Positions 1 through 12,044 are shown, counted from the first letter of the stretch. The stretch is 20,194 nucleotides of DNA from Chlorokybus atmophyticus (GCA_009103225.1 RHPI01002836.1:375590-395783); one strand, 5' to 3'. Made by a program: numbers and translations. The notes: generated by a model from the sequence alone, not told the origin.

Positions 1-414
1 GGTTGGGGGATGACATGCCCGCGCATGGGAATCGTATCTCATGGCTGTGCGCAGATTGACCATATGCTCTCAAGGGGACATCGCGTATGCTATTTACACT
101 TACAAGGTGGCACGTTTCTACTACATGTCAAGACCTCAACACACAACAAGTCAAGACTTACTGAACGAACTGGGTGCCGTCGGCAGCTGATAGCCTAAGT
201 GCAAGTTGTCTAGGTTGATGTCCTTATACGGACAGATCTTGGCGTGTTTGCCACCTTGGGCGGGCACTTCCTTGCCCGTAGCTGCTCGACACTTGATGCA
301 CGTTTTGGTTCCGCCTTTGCCTCCTTGACGCGATTTTTTGGTCTTGCGCATGGGCCCGATGGAGGGGACGTGCATGGGATGATATAAGGGATTCGCTACC
401 ATGGGCGGCGCATG

Positions 415-490
415 TGGATAAGGCACATATTAATAACGCGCGTGTGGATAAGGCGCCTGTAGATAAGGCGCATGTGGATAAGGCCAGCAG
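415..490 (-). repeat. Coding mini-repeat (PYPHA-like units) in the transposase C-terminus
   Basis: About 4 copies of gataaggc/gtggataaggc on +; translation WPYPHAPYLQAPYPHARY*YVPYPHAPP. Confidence 0.7.
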
Positions 491-3400
491 GCTGGGTGTA
501 CATGAGGGTTCGATGCATGCATGGCTTGCAATGGTCGCCAATAAGTTGTCGGAGCTGCCGCATTGTTGTTGATGCGTGGCTGCTGAGTTGTTGAGCTGGA
601 CAATAGAACCGGTTGAAGCACAGGCATAGTGGCTTCCGCTGTTCTAGGAGGGAGCGTTGTCCGATGCTCCGCCGCCGCCGCGGGTTGTGTCGATGAGGTA
701 GTCCGTGTCTCTGGTGGAGGATGTGCTGACAAGCGTTGTGGTGTTGTAGCATTGGAGCGTACTGCCAGGTGCCCGTCCCCGCCAGCTCCAGGTGTCTCGA
801 CGTGAGCAGCCTGCATTGCCGTCACATGAATTTGCGTGACAATAGTAGCCAGGTGTGCTTTCACAATCTGCTTTTCATACTCTTGCAGTAGTTTAGCTAT
901 TTTGAGGTACAGCACTCCATCGTGTCCTATAGCCTGATGCGCGTGCGTACGCGCATTCCATTCATATGCCATCCGCTTGAAATCGGTAAATTTATTTTTT
1001 GTAAATTCTCCATGTAATTCTTGGAACAAACGCTGCTCAGCTGGGGTGCGCACGGGTTGAACTAGCTTTAATGGTTTCAATGCACGCCGTGGTAGCTTAC
1101 GATGCGGCGTTTTACGTTTGCCACACACCTGGGAGGTTGATGCAGTCACTGGCGTTGTGCTACGTGGAAAGTGCAGCTTGAGTTGGCGGCGTACGGCAAC
1201 CACGCTCGACGCACTTGCTAGAGTAGCCGTCGATGGTAGTCGCGAAGCTGGGCTCAATTCCATAGCGTTGTGCGTGCGTGTGGCTCGTGGAGACGACATC
1301 AGCATTGCAGGTTGCTGCTGCCATTCATTAGAGACACGCGTCGAACGTGACTGCTGAGGTACATGCGAGCGAAACGGAGACAACGAAGCAACTTCATGCG
1401 TCAACGACTCAGTGTCCTCCAAGTTGTTATTGAGCTCCGTGCGGCACGAAGCATCACCCCCGTTGCCGTCATGCGGCACTGGGCGTTGTTCACTTGCTTC
1501 GAGGGGGCTTGTTTGCATTGGGCTGCTCGGCGAAGGGTTTGACGCATGTTCATTCGCCGGTGATGCGTTGGCTTCTTCTTCAAGACCATCATCGGTATCG
1601 TCATGAACAGTGGCTTCACCTTCACATGTTGGAAGCTCCGCATCATCGTCTTGGGCAAAGAAGGCCTCCTTCAATTCCGTTGGCACGAAATCTATACCAA
1701 ATTTTTCTGTCGCATCATACCTTTCGTGATCACGAGGACATACACATGGTGTTATCAACCCCTTGCTCAACTCACCTTCAGATATTTGCGGCGTGTCCTG
1801 GATCTGAAAAGGCACCTTCCAGCCATACCGTTTGTGGAGCTCGTTGATGTAATTCATGTCCTATCATGCGTCGCTTAAACAGCCGGAACCAACCACTATA
1901 AAAACAAGCATAATATCCCAAAGCACTCTACAACGTACCTGAAAGTCATACACGCCATAGAATGGCTCACCTGCATTGCGCGTTGCTGAATTAATGTTGT
2001 GGCGTGTGATGAAATCAGAAAAGAGCATGCTTGCTTTGGCCGCGCTGTTGTTGCTGCCTTGCAGCACGCGAGCCACCAACTTGTGGAAGCCCTCGAGGGC
2101 GTTGGTGCCCCGCGCGCACAGCCAATGTGGCATGCAACCAGGTTTTGCAATGTTTGTGTACAGCTCGACCCCGATAAGATCTGCAGCATGATCCCACATC
2201 ATATGCAATACCAACACACTATAGACCAGCTTATGTTGCATTGCATACCACTCAGCTTGCCGCATGCCACCTGACGGAGTGCTTGCTCGTGACAGTTATC
2301 TAGTTCTGCTGTCCAAATGATGTTGCCTGAGTCGATGTCGACACGCTCGCGCCATTTATCAGCGAATTGCTGCAAAGTAGCATGAACCTCATTGCATTGT
2401 CCAATGCGCCGAGGCAGTTTGGTGCGCCGCGTTCCCAACTGCTCGTCAACTTTTTGTTGGCTCCAACCCTGATAAGTACGACATTGCATAAGTATACGGT
2501 CTGTGCGTGTTGGCTTATGTGCGTGCGTGCGTGTCAGCATATTGAGTTCGCGGACATGTCATCCCACCCTCCCACCCTCCGGCCACGAGCCAGCTCCACT
2601 TCACCACTACCTCTCCCCTCTCAACATGCCGTTGCCCCNCCCCCTTCTCGCCCCTTGCGTGCATGCGTGCGTATGAGTGTATGTGGTGCGCGTGTGTGAC
2701 AGTGTGTATCACTTACCAACGAAACAAGATGCTTGGCTTGAAACAACGCCTTGTCGTCGGATGTGTAGATTGCCGCGGACAACTCCTTCGCAAAGCGATC
2801 TTAATACAGCCACAACACAAGTGATTATTGCCATAATGCATAAACTCAGATCATATTGCGTTGACAATGATTATATGCATTAGCGGCCTCAACTCATTTA
2901 CCATTCAATGCGGAGGAGTCTGGAATGCAACGCAAGTAGCGCTGCATTAAGTGAAAGGCGTCTTGTAACACCATGTCCTTGTTCACTTGAAAGGCATCCG
3001 CCAATGCCGTGTCCATGCCCAAAGCATTGTCGCAATAAATGGCCTGTAAAGTCTGCAACGACAACATATTGCTACTCACATGTAAATTTTTAAGCCTCAC
3101 AGTTGCATAGGTACAAACCTCCGCAAGCTTGCGCCCGCCACCGACATCGCGCTCAGCTACTTTGCGCAACTCGTGTGAGACGGCATGAAGCGACGTGTTT
3201 GGGACGAAGTAATATGCCACGACTTGCTTTCTTTCATTGTATATCGTCAATATGCTTCCGCCACCTAGAGCACAATGTCACAGCATGAGAGTGATGTACC
3301 GTTATGATGATGATTAATAAGAATGAACCATAAATCAGCATTGGCATGCGTGTCGATGTGTATAAGTGCGAGTGTGCATGTGCACGTGCACGCGCATACA

Positions 3401-4875
3401 TTACTATATGTGCGCGAGTTCATGCTCAAACGGTTGACACGTATTGCCACATGTGCAAGCATGTAGAGTATGCTTGCGCGTGCATGTGTACACGTGCGTG
3501 ATTGCGTGTACACACTGCACGTGTGCACTTGCGCACCTTGCGTTTGTCTTTGCGGATTTGCTTGGGGATTTTGAACGAATGGTCAATGGCGATGATGCGA
3601 CCAACGGACAGGCTCAACCGCCGGTTCTGCTCTTGCATACGCTTTTCTCCTTCGCGCATGTACAGGTCGGAGAAGTAGGCATCTCCAGGCACATATCCTA
3701 TAGAGATATCAATGTTCAATTCCGCAACCACGATGATGAGCAACAACTTACACTGCATGCATGCATGCAATCGCACTTACCCGAGTAGCCGTCTTTGTCA
3801 CAGAAGTCGCCAAAGTCTGGTATCGCGGCAGCCGCTGCTTGTGAGACACCTAGCATCCCTAGCAATCTCGTCTTTGGAATCTTCTGCGCATGGTCTTCAA
3901 CAAATGCCGCCGTGAAGAGCTTACGCGTGCTAATGTAGCGATGATGATGTAACTCCTGGGATAGGCGCACAAAGAGACTCAGTCAATACGTGAATTGACA
4001 TTGGTCAACACGTGTGATTGCGCATGCGTCGCAATATGCGTGAACTACCTCGAGCATGTCGGAAAAGTCCATAAAACTCTGATTGTTCACCACGTTACGC
4101 CGCAACATGATCTTAATGGCCTCCTCGACACCATGCCGTTGCGTGAGCACGTAGGGGAAGGCCTCTTGCACACTTACAGGGAGCTGCGCCATGATTTTGG
4201 CATCATAACCAGCAAATGTATGCCCGGTACCGTCTAGTATCAACCATAGCGTGGAGACACGCAATGTTAGAGTGCGAAAGGTCATCTCGCGTAACAAGCT
4301 TGATAACGTTCAATACTGAGTGTACTGACATAATACCTTTGCAGCTTTTGCACTTGTAGTCATAACTGTATAGCCAACAAGTCGCGGACAATGTGGTAAC
4401 CGGCCGCACACTCCCACGCCAACTATCACTGTACAGGGGCTTGTCACAGTACGGGCATGAAATCTTCTTCACCTTGTCCGAGAAGAAGATGTGCGGCGCC
4501 CAAAATGTCACCTAAGTCACCGTTAATATGAGCGCGGTACATCACAAGTGTTGCATGCAACTGTCAGCATGCAACTGTCACATGTTTATACCATTGTCCC
4601 GCGCGGAATCTGATATGCGCACAACTTGAGTGCGCCCAACATCAAGCCTGAGGGGACTGGTAATGTGAAATCAGGCCATACATCTATGTCAACCGGTGGG
4701 CATGCCCACTCCCCTTTATCGGCCTGCCAAGTTGCTTGTGGCAATAAAGGCTTTATGCCACGCTTCTCTTCTTCCACCGTGACCGTCTTGCGCGTGCGCC
4801 AAAGACACCAATTCAACACATACTTCTCCGCGGCTGAGGCTTCCTTTAATGAAGCGTCTGTAGCGATTAATGATA

Positions 4876-5405
<530 letters not shown>

Positions 5406-5560
5406 NNNNNNNNNNNNNNNNNNNNNNNNNNNNNNNNNNNNNNNNNNNNNNNNNNNNNNNNNNNNNNNNNNNNNNNNNNNNNNNNNNNNNNNNNNNNNNN
5501 NNNNNNNNNNNNNNNNNNNNNNNNNNNNNNNNNNNNNNNNNNNGGGGGGGGGGGGGGGGG
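5406..5560. other. Assembly gap (N 5406-5543) followed by G17
   Basis: Seen directly. Confidence 0.98.
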
Positions 5561-5673
5561 AGCGCCCAGTCATACATACCTGCTGCTCGGCCGCTCGGCC
5601 GCCGCTGCCTCTGCCGCCTCCCCTGCCGCTGGCCGCTGAGGGTAGGCAGGCCGAGTAGCTGTTAAACGGAATG

Positions 5674-5711
5674 TGGCGTGTCGCACGATCCGGGGGGACA
5701 ACTCAGGGACG
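5674..5711 (+). promoter_or_regulatory. Conserved 38-bp block upstream of the transposase 5' exon
   Basis: TGGCGTGTCGCACGATCCGGGGGGACAACTCAGGGACG matches the reverse complement of 7865-7902 at 36/38 positions. Function is inferred. Confidence 0.55.
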
Positions 5712-6262
5712 AAACAGTTGTTTACAGATGGCGTTTGATTTTTGTGTTTGCAGACAACAGCTGCCACCTTGTTAGAAAACGTTTGCCATCTCGAGGGGCA
5801 AGCTGTTGTCAATACTTTGCCAACCACGCCAAGTTATTGGCATAATTCATCACATTACAACGCAGATGGTGCATTTACAATGTTGTCAAATGTTTGCCAA
5901 CACGAAGCCTTTATTGCTTGTAATTTGCATGTTTCAACGCTGATGTGAAACATGTTATTGTCGTTATTGTTGGTAAATGTTCGCCAACACGCAATTTCAT
6001 GTTATCAATTGCGGATGCGCGCGTTGATAATATGATACGGCTTATGGAAGTGTTGTGCTACTTACATGCGCATATATCCGTAATCCCATACCCCAAGTAT
6101 ATCTCAAGTACATGGTGGTTCCAGGGGTTTTCTTTCTAGTTATTCAAGCGTTGCACCACTCGACGACGACGTGTTGGGAACATTTTGCCAACTGCTAGTA
6201 CTCGGCGCGCAATGAGCCGCTTCCGGCCACTGCATTTTGCGCGTGAGAAAAAGGCTACCATT

Positions 6263-6337
6263 GAAGTACCGCGGGTATCGAACGCACGACCTGTGGGTTA
6301 GAGAGCGGTGTAGTATCGACTACTGACTCAGACGCCA
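6263..6337 (-). ncRNA. tRNA-like Pol III unit (tRNA pseudogene or SINE-head-like), copy 1
   Basis: A-box-like TGAGTCAGTAG; B-box GTTCGATAC (6275-6283) within T-arm GTGCG-TTCGATA-CCCGC; TAACCCACAGGTC resembles the plant initiator tRNA-Met 3' of the anticodon (recalled, not searched); T5 terminator at 6248-6252; upstream TTTATA. Acceptor stem pairs poorly. Confidence 0.65.
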
Positions 6338-6513
6338 TCAGCTCCTATAAAGTACATATCCTCAATGATGCGCACAAGTACACACAACAGCCGCATACAA
6401 GCACAGGGTCTATGCCTATACTCATGTCAAAACGTGCTGATGGCCGAAAGTAATACTTGTGTTGATGTAATGCGATTTGTAGCCAGTGGCTGCTAGGTAG
6501 GCCTACGTTCTGC

Positions 6514-6565
6514 CCCCGCGAAGAGCATGCTGTTTCTCCTTCGCCGTCTTATGCTCATAGCGGGG
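6514..6565 (-). other. Stem-loop, homologous in position and closing sequence to 6956-7019
   Basis: CCCCGC(6514-6519)/GCGGGG(6560-6565) and GAGCAT(6523-6528)/ATGCTC(6551-6556) pair. Confidence 0.5.
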
Positions 6566-6654
6566 TAATGCTATTGGCGCTCTAAGAGCATAATACTCTC
6601 GTAGATGTCCATCGCATGTGTATCAACGTAAATGCAGATGTAAATGCATTTGTA

Positions 6655-6812
6655 CATGCATATCGACATACATCCATGTATCAGTATGTATGCATATATA
6701 TACATATATATCTGTGTATATATATATATGTATATACATATATATATATAAATGTATCTATATACGCTATATATATACATATGTATGTATGTACGCTATA
6801 TATATATATACA
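6655..6812. repeat. Degenerate (TA)n/(TATG)n low-complexity tract at the centre of the inverted duplication
   Basis: Seen directly. Confidence 0.85.
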
Positions 6813-6955
6813 TTGGTATTGTGTGCGTGTGTGGCCGATAAGCATATAACTTGAAAATAGTGTGCATCCATGTCTTCAATTGTGCACGTTATTTTAGACT
6901 AATGACTGCCGTTTCCGTTTCCATGTGTACCGGTAATGCTTTTAGTGCCGTATCT

Positions 6956-7019
6956 ACCCCGTCAGAGTCTCCCGGGCGCCTTTATTTGGCGCATAGCGCT
7001 CGGCCCAACTTTTGGGGGT
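6956..7019 (+). other. Stem-loop, copy 2
   Basis: ACCCC/GGGGT closing stem, AGAGT/ACTTT inner stem, GCGCC/GGCGC apical stem. Flanked by TACCCCG...GGGGG..GAACG as in copy 1. Confidence 0.5.
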
Positions 7020-7085
7020 GAACGGTATGTGCTTTGGTAGCGCAAAGTGAACATGATACTGTATTGAACCATTATTGCAAGTATG

Positions 7086-7157
7086 TTCTTCTTAGCTCAG
7101 CCGGATAGCGCGTCGCTTGACTCTAACAGATCGTGCGATCAAAACCCGCGATGCTCT
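7086..7157 (+). ncRNA. tRNA-like Pol III unit, copy 2
   Basis: A-box TAGCTCAGCCGG (from 7093); B-box-like GATCAAAAC (7137-7145) in the same GTGCG/CCCGC arm as copy 1; shared CTCTAAC; T4 at 7178-7181. Confidence 0.6.
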
Positions 7158-7864
7158 CGTGGAAGTAGCTTAGTAGCTTTTCTCTTTGCTGCTGCAAAAT
7201 GCAGTGGCCGAAATTGTCACTGCGCGCCGAGCTTGTAGTTGGCAAAATTTTCCCAACACGTCGCGTGCGGCACACAACAACGCTACCGTATGCGTGATAA
7301 TGTTGCGTGAAGGTCCACTTGTCAACAGCAATAACAGCAACAATCACCCTAGCACATTGTGTGACAAGCATCATAGTTAGAAACAATAACAATTGGTGTG
7401 TTACACGCAAGTTTAATTAGCTAAGTAAAATCACGCGGTAGGATCAGTTCTGTGTACCATCAAAAGTATCAAAATACTTCAAGTAAATAAGACGCTGCGA
7501 TCACATTGTTTAAAAAGCTTCACAACACGCAAGTGTAACATTCAACCACGAGCACACAATATGTATACCAACAGGAAATGATGCAGATGTGAAATGTTTG
7601 ACAACACATACGGTGTGTAGTTTGAAAATGGAAAAAACATGAAAAACAATACGGTCAAGATGGCAAAGGTTTCCCAACACGCAGTATGTGTTGTTTCGAT
7701 AACAGACGAATCATGTCAAGATTGAAAACAACAGGTGTACATCTAGTTGTTTCCAATCTCGTTTGATTTACAGATTATTCTGATTAAATGATGGTGTAGC
7801 TTACCGAGTTTCAATTTTTGTTGTTTGTAGATTGAAAGAATATTTGTGATTTCCGAGACAACTC

Positions 7865-7902
7865 CGTCCATGAGTTGTCCCCCCGGATCGCGCGACACGC
7901 CA
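7865..7902 (-). promoter_or_regulatory. Second, inverted copy of the 38-bp block
   Basis: 36/38 identical to 5674-5711 in reverse complement. Confidence 0.55.
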
Positions 7903-7947
7903 TGTGCGCAATGTCTACTCAGTATAGTTGTAGCAATCGTTAAATAC

Positions 7948-8047
7948 ATGGATTTCATTTACAACATCGAGCGCCTATTACAAACTCAAAGTAGTAAATC
8001 GGCGGTCAGGATAGCTCAAAGTAGCTCAAGGATTAGGTCGATCGACG
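7948..8047 (+). CDS. Possible orphan first exon (MDFIYNIERLLQTQSS...SID)
   Basis: ATG at 7948 and strong donor G|GTAAGA at 8048, in the position mirroring the transposase 5' exon. No downstream exon recognised. Confidence 0.3.
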
Positions 8048-8484
8048 GTAAGAAATAACTCAGCGACAGTTGCTCTGAGTTATCGCTGAGCGTCCGTTCA
8101 GTCCCGAACAGTGCCGCTGCCTCCTAATATGGCTCGAATATAATACGGGTATTTTACTTTGCATGTTGTAGCTTAATACGGGCAATACGCTAAATTCACC
8201 TATTGACATGACATGTTTTAGGGAGTTATAACGTAGTAAAGCGGTTTATTACAATGAAAACATAATGGTTATACGACAGCCGCACGTCTTCGAGTCGTAC
8301 GCCGCGGATCAGGGGCCCTAACATGCAGCGCAAGCCACTTTGGGGTCTCACATTCACCCTGATCGTTAACGTTGAAACCATAATACTAAATTCGCGTATA
8401 AGCGCGCATTGAGTACCGCCCGCGACAGATACGGGTATTATACCGTATGCAAGTTCCGGCTTAGAAGTATCGTGCAACTATGAT

Positions 8485-8635
8485 TATAAAGGACCATAAT
8501 TGGTTCGATTCGTACCGGTTCATGACCGGGAGCAGCCTTGATCCGGGTCATGGGGACCAAGCGTGACGGTTACGTAACTTTTGCGCCAGCTCCTGTCCCC
8601 GCGTTCGGACCAAGGCGAGAAAAAAAATCCGTGTG
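8485..8635. mobile_element. Right end of a CACA-terminated (CACTA/EnSpm-like) element; left end not found
   Basis: Ends AAAAAATCCGTGTG, compared with AAAAATCTCGTGTG at 18687. GTCCCCGCGTTCGGACCAAGGCG closely matches 18572-18595. GGACCA motifs present. Confidence 0.6.
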
Positions 8636-8739
8636 TATACTATAACCACTAGTACACTAAGGACTTAGCCATTTCAAGCCGACCGAACTTGTCCATAATA
8701 TGCACTCAACAGTGCAACCATGCAAGCCAACTTCTAACA
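8636..8739 (-). mobile_element. 5' fragment of an LTR (element F) inserted into Copia A reverse transcriptase
   Basis: The RT frame breaks after IFECRVLSET into TGTTAGAAG (8739). Contains TTCGGTCGGCTTG, similar to the motif in the other LTRs. Cut at 8635 by the CACA end. Confidence 0.5.
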
Positions 8740-11258
8740 GTCTCGCTCAAGACTCTGCACTCGAATATAGCTTGCAGCTGAGTCTTCACTCGCTGCACCC
8801 CTGACATTCCTGACGCTGCAATCAGAATGTCGTCCACGTACACAAACAATCACACTTGCTTGCTCTCGTGGTAGAACAGGCTTGGATCTGCCAAACTTGC
8901 TGGTAACCCCTGCTCCTGGAGCTCCTGGCACAGTCTTGCATGCCACACCCGTGGTGCCTGCTTCAAGCCATATAGTGCTTTCATCAATCTGCATGCTGTA
9001 CCAGGTGGCCCTTCCTGATACCCCTTTGGTTGCTGAATGTAGATTCTCTCTTGTAGCTCCCCATACAGAAACGCTGTTTTGACATCGAAGTGATGGAACT
9101 CCAAGTTGTCCGCTGACACAACAGCCACCATAGTTCTGAAGGTTGTCACCTTCCCCGCAGGTGCAAACACCTCATTGAAGTCCACTCCTTCTTGCTGCAA
9201 AAACCCCTTGGCAACCAATCTGGCCTTGTACCTCTCAATGTTGCCATTGCCGTCCCTTTTCACATTAAACACCCACTTGACAGGAATAGGCTTGACCCCT
9301 GCAGGTGGAACTTCAAGTTCCCATGTCGCATTGGCATGCAGTGAGGCTATCTCTTCATCCATTGCCTGACGCCAACTGTGTGCATTAGTCCTCCGGAATG
9401 CTTCTTCTGTATGGCTGGCTCCACACTGTGTGTTTCTGAGCTCGCCATATAGCCAAACTCCTTATGGAAACGTATAGGACCTTCATAATACGGTCAAGAT
9501 AATGCCCTCTGCTAGGCTGTTGGTTTTGCTGCTGCTGATGACTTTTCTCATCTCTGCGCGCGCAGCACTGTCCACTTTCTTAGGGGTGAGCTCCCTCTCC
9601 GAATCAGAACCACTGTCCACCAAATATGGAGCAGATGTTGCTGTACTGGACTCAGGCTGTTGCTGATCATCATTAATGCCTTCACCTTCAGATGAATCGC
9701 TGTCACTGATCTCCTGCAGCAGCACTCTATAAGCCTTGGAGTTAGGCTCATAACCAAGGAAGACACCTTTCTTGCTGACCAGGTCCAGCTTCTTCCTTTG
9801 CTGCTTGGGTGTCAACACATATGCAGTGCAGCCAAACACTCACTTGTTGCTGACATCTGGAGCTTTCGTGAAGAACAGCTCCCATGGCGTCTTTGCTTGA
9901 GCACGCGTTGGCGATCTGTTCTTATATAGTTGACTGTCGGAACCGCCTCTGCCCACCAGCAACTTTGCATTACTCAGCATGGCCCGAACTCTTTCCATCA
10001 AAGTCAGATTCAGCCTCTATGCTGCACCGTTTTGCTGCGGAGTGTATGGGGCTGTTGTTTGATGCACAATGCCTTGCGAAGACCAGAATGTAGATATCTC
10101 TTTGTTAAGGTACTCTCCTCCTCTGTCACTCCTGACTGTCTTCACAAGTTTGCTAGACACATTCTTCAACCACAGCACCACCTCCTTCACCACAGCAGGA
10201 ACATCTGACACGAGCTTCACAGAACGCACTAATGACAGCTTAAAGTACTTATTAAGGAAGGTGACAATGTAGGCTGCTCCCCCCTTCGATGGCTCTGCTA
10301 GCGGACCACACACATATGTGTGCACCAACTGTCCAACGTGCTCGCTGACACATTCAGACTTCTAGAAAGCTTGCCTATGCATCTTGGACAGCACGCATGG
10401 CTCGCACAACACACCTCTGGACTGCTTGATCTGCGCCTTGGTCACATTGATGCCACCAACCCAATCTTCTGCCACCAGACGATGAAGGTTGTCATACCCA
10501 AGGTGTCCAAACCTTCGATGTCAAAGTTCAGCTGTCTCAGGAACTGTCGCCACCAATGCCTTGTCAGTCTCTGCTTCTTCTATCACGTAAAGCCCGCCCT
10601 GTTGTTCTCTCGCGATGAGACACATCTTGCCATCAACACAAATACAGACCTCTGCTCCTTTTCCTAACAAATCAACTCCAGCCTTCGGTGGGAGAAGAGG
10701 CTAGCCTGTGCACGTGGGACATGAAGAACCTTCTTCAGCTCCACCCTGTACACACCTTCTCCCACCTTGCATTGAAGCACTGCCTGGCCTGTACCCGCTA
10801 CCTCCAGGCTCCCACCCAACACCTCCACAGTGCGTGGACTTGTCTGAACCTTGTAGTTTTGTAACAGTATTAGGAGTAAGATGCTGTGTAGCCAGACTCG
10901 GACACCCACCCATACCTCTGTCTTCCTGTGGATGATGTGAAGGCTATCGCACCTCCACCCCCTCCTTTTTGTCCACCCTGTGAATTGCCCTTTGCTGCCT
11001 TCAGCTGCTGGCAATCACTCCTCCAGTGTCCAACTTGGTCGCAATGAAAGCACTTTCCCTTGAAAGGCTTCTTGTGCTTCTTCTGATCTCCACCCAGCTC
11101 CTCCAGGCGACTGCGCTCGAGCAGCGAACGCACTAAACTCTCCATCAGCCTCGTTGCCCTTGATCCTTGATTCTGCCTTCAACAGGATTGGCACAATCTA
11201 TTTGAGGGTCAAATTCTGAGTGGTACTGATACCCTCCAGCATGATCACAACAATTTCA
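8740..11258 (-). pseudogene. pol: Ty1/copia element A: gag C-terminus, protease, integrase and RT (degenerate)
   Basis: Zinc knuckle CFHCDQVGHWRSDC; VLHVP protease tail; integrase VHTYVCGP, RSDRGGEY, YTPQQNG (first D altered to Y); FGCTAYV..GVFLGY; RT RYKARLVAKG, DVKTAFL, ALYGLKQAPRVW, YVDD (8829-8840). Multiple stops and frameshifts. Confidence 0.93.
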
Positions 11259-11592
11259 TGTTGACTAGAGCTATTGCATACAATCATGCACAGCATACAA
11301 CATGCACATGCAATGATTGAGCTTGTGATGTGTAGCACCGCCAGAGAACTGACTCGAAAGTAGACTGTACTGAAAGGACGCGGGCTGCGTCGGCTCTGGG
11401 CCCTAACTTGGGTCTTACCAGAAAGACCAGCCCGGACTGTACCAGTCCTAATTGCCTGCAGCCTGTACACAATTGCAGTATAGAGTAGCTTATCTAATGA
11501 CATTGGATAAGCTACTCAGAGTCCTAATAGACAAGCTGACTACATACAAGTCATGAGTCATAAACCATACATAACATGATCTATTCTCAACA
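11259..11592 (-). mobile_element. 3' LTR of copia element B (334 bp)
   Basis: TGTTGA...TCAACA termini; PPT-like GCTGCCTGCGTGGGAA adjacent (11593-11608); interrupts gag of element A at 11258. Confidence 0.85.
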
Positions 11593-11633
11593 TTCCCACG
11601 CAGGCAGCTTGGCTAGCTTCTCGCTCCAAGTCT

Positions 11634-12044
11634 TCAAGCATTCGCTCCAACTTCAATGCCAAGTCCTTCACAGCATGTCTTGAACTTTGCAGCAGACAAT
11701 GCCTTGGTCATGAAGTCCGCCAGCATGTCTTCAGTCCTGCAGTAACTGAACTCCAACTCTCCTCTCGCCACTCTGTCTCTCACAAAGTGATTATGCACAT
11801 CAATGTGCTTGCTCCTTGCTGAGAGGATTGGGTTCTTCAGCAAATTCACAGCTCCCTGATTGTCAGAGTTGATCTTCATGCTCTCCAGAGGGTGTCCAAG
11901 ATCTGCCATCAGTTTTTTGAGCCAAAGTGCTTCCTTTGCAGCTGAAGCCGATGCCATGTACTCTGCTTCTGTAGTGGATGCAGCCACAGTAGGCTGTAAC
12001 TTGCTGTTCCAGCAGATCACACCACCACCAAGCTTGCACACATA
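11634..12044 (-). CDS. pol: Copia element B RNase H (C-terminal pol fragment)
   Basis: WNSKLQPTVAASTTEAEY, SDNQGA, SKHIDV, MLADFMTKAL. Open to a natural stop; interrupted at 12044 by LTR C. Confidence 0.93.
   Translation of the reverse strand, partial: YVCKLGGGVICWNSKLQPTVAASTTEAEYMASASAAKEALWLKKLMADLGHPLESMKINSDNQGAVNLLKNPILSARSKHIDVHNHFVRDRVARGELEFSYCRTEDMLADFMTKALSAAKFKTCCEGLGIEVGANA

Noticed and set aside
5575-5577. ATG at 5577 or 5573 as the transposase start
   Set aside because: Both lie inside a CAG|GTATGT splice donor context and lead into poly-C and the gap, so they are probably intronic.
5654-5666. 12-mer GTAGCTGTTAAA shared with 18270-18281
   Set aside because: A single short match with unrelated flanks; compatible with chance.
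6571-6854. Ile/Tyr/Cys-rich ORFs on both strands
   Set aside because: Products of the TA-rich low-complexity tract.
6263-7157. Functional canonical tRNA genes
   Set aside because: Acceptor and anticodon stems do not pair properly and the T-stem has a C-C mismatch; no anticodon can be assigned.
11176-11184. CCTTCAACA as another LTR end
   Set aside because: It is gag coding sequence (ILLKAES), matching the equivalent PMLLQEE segment in element C.
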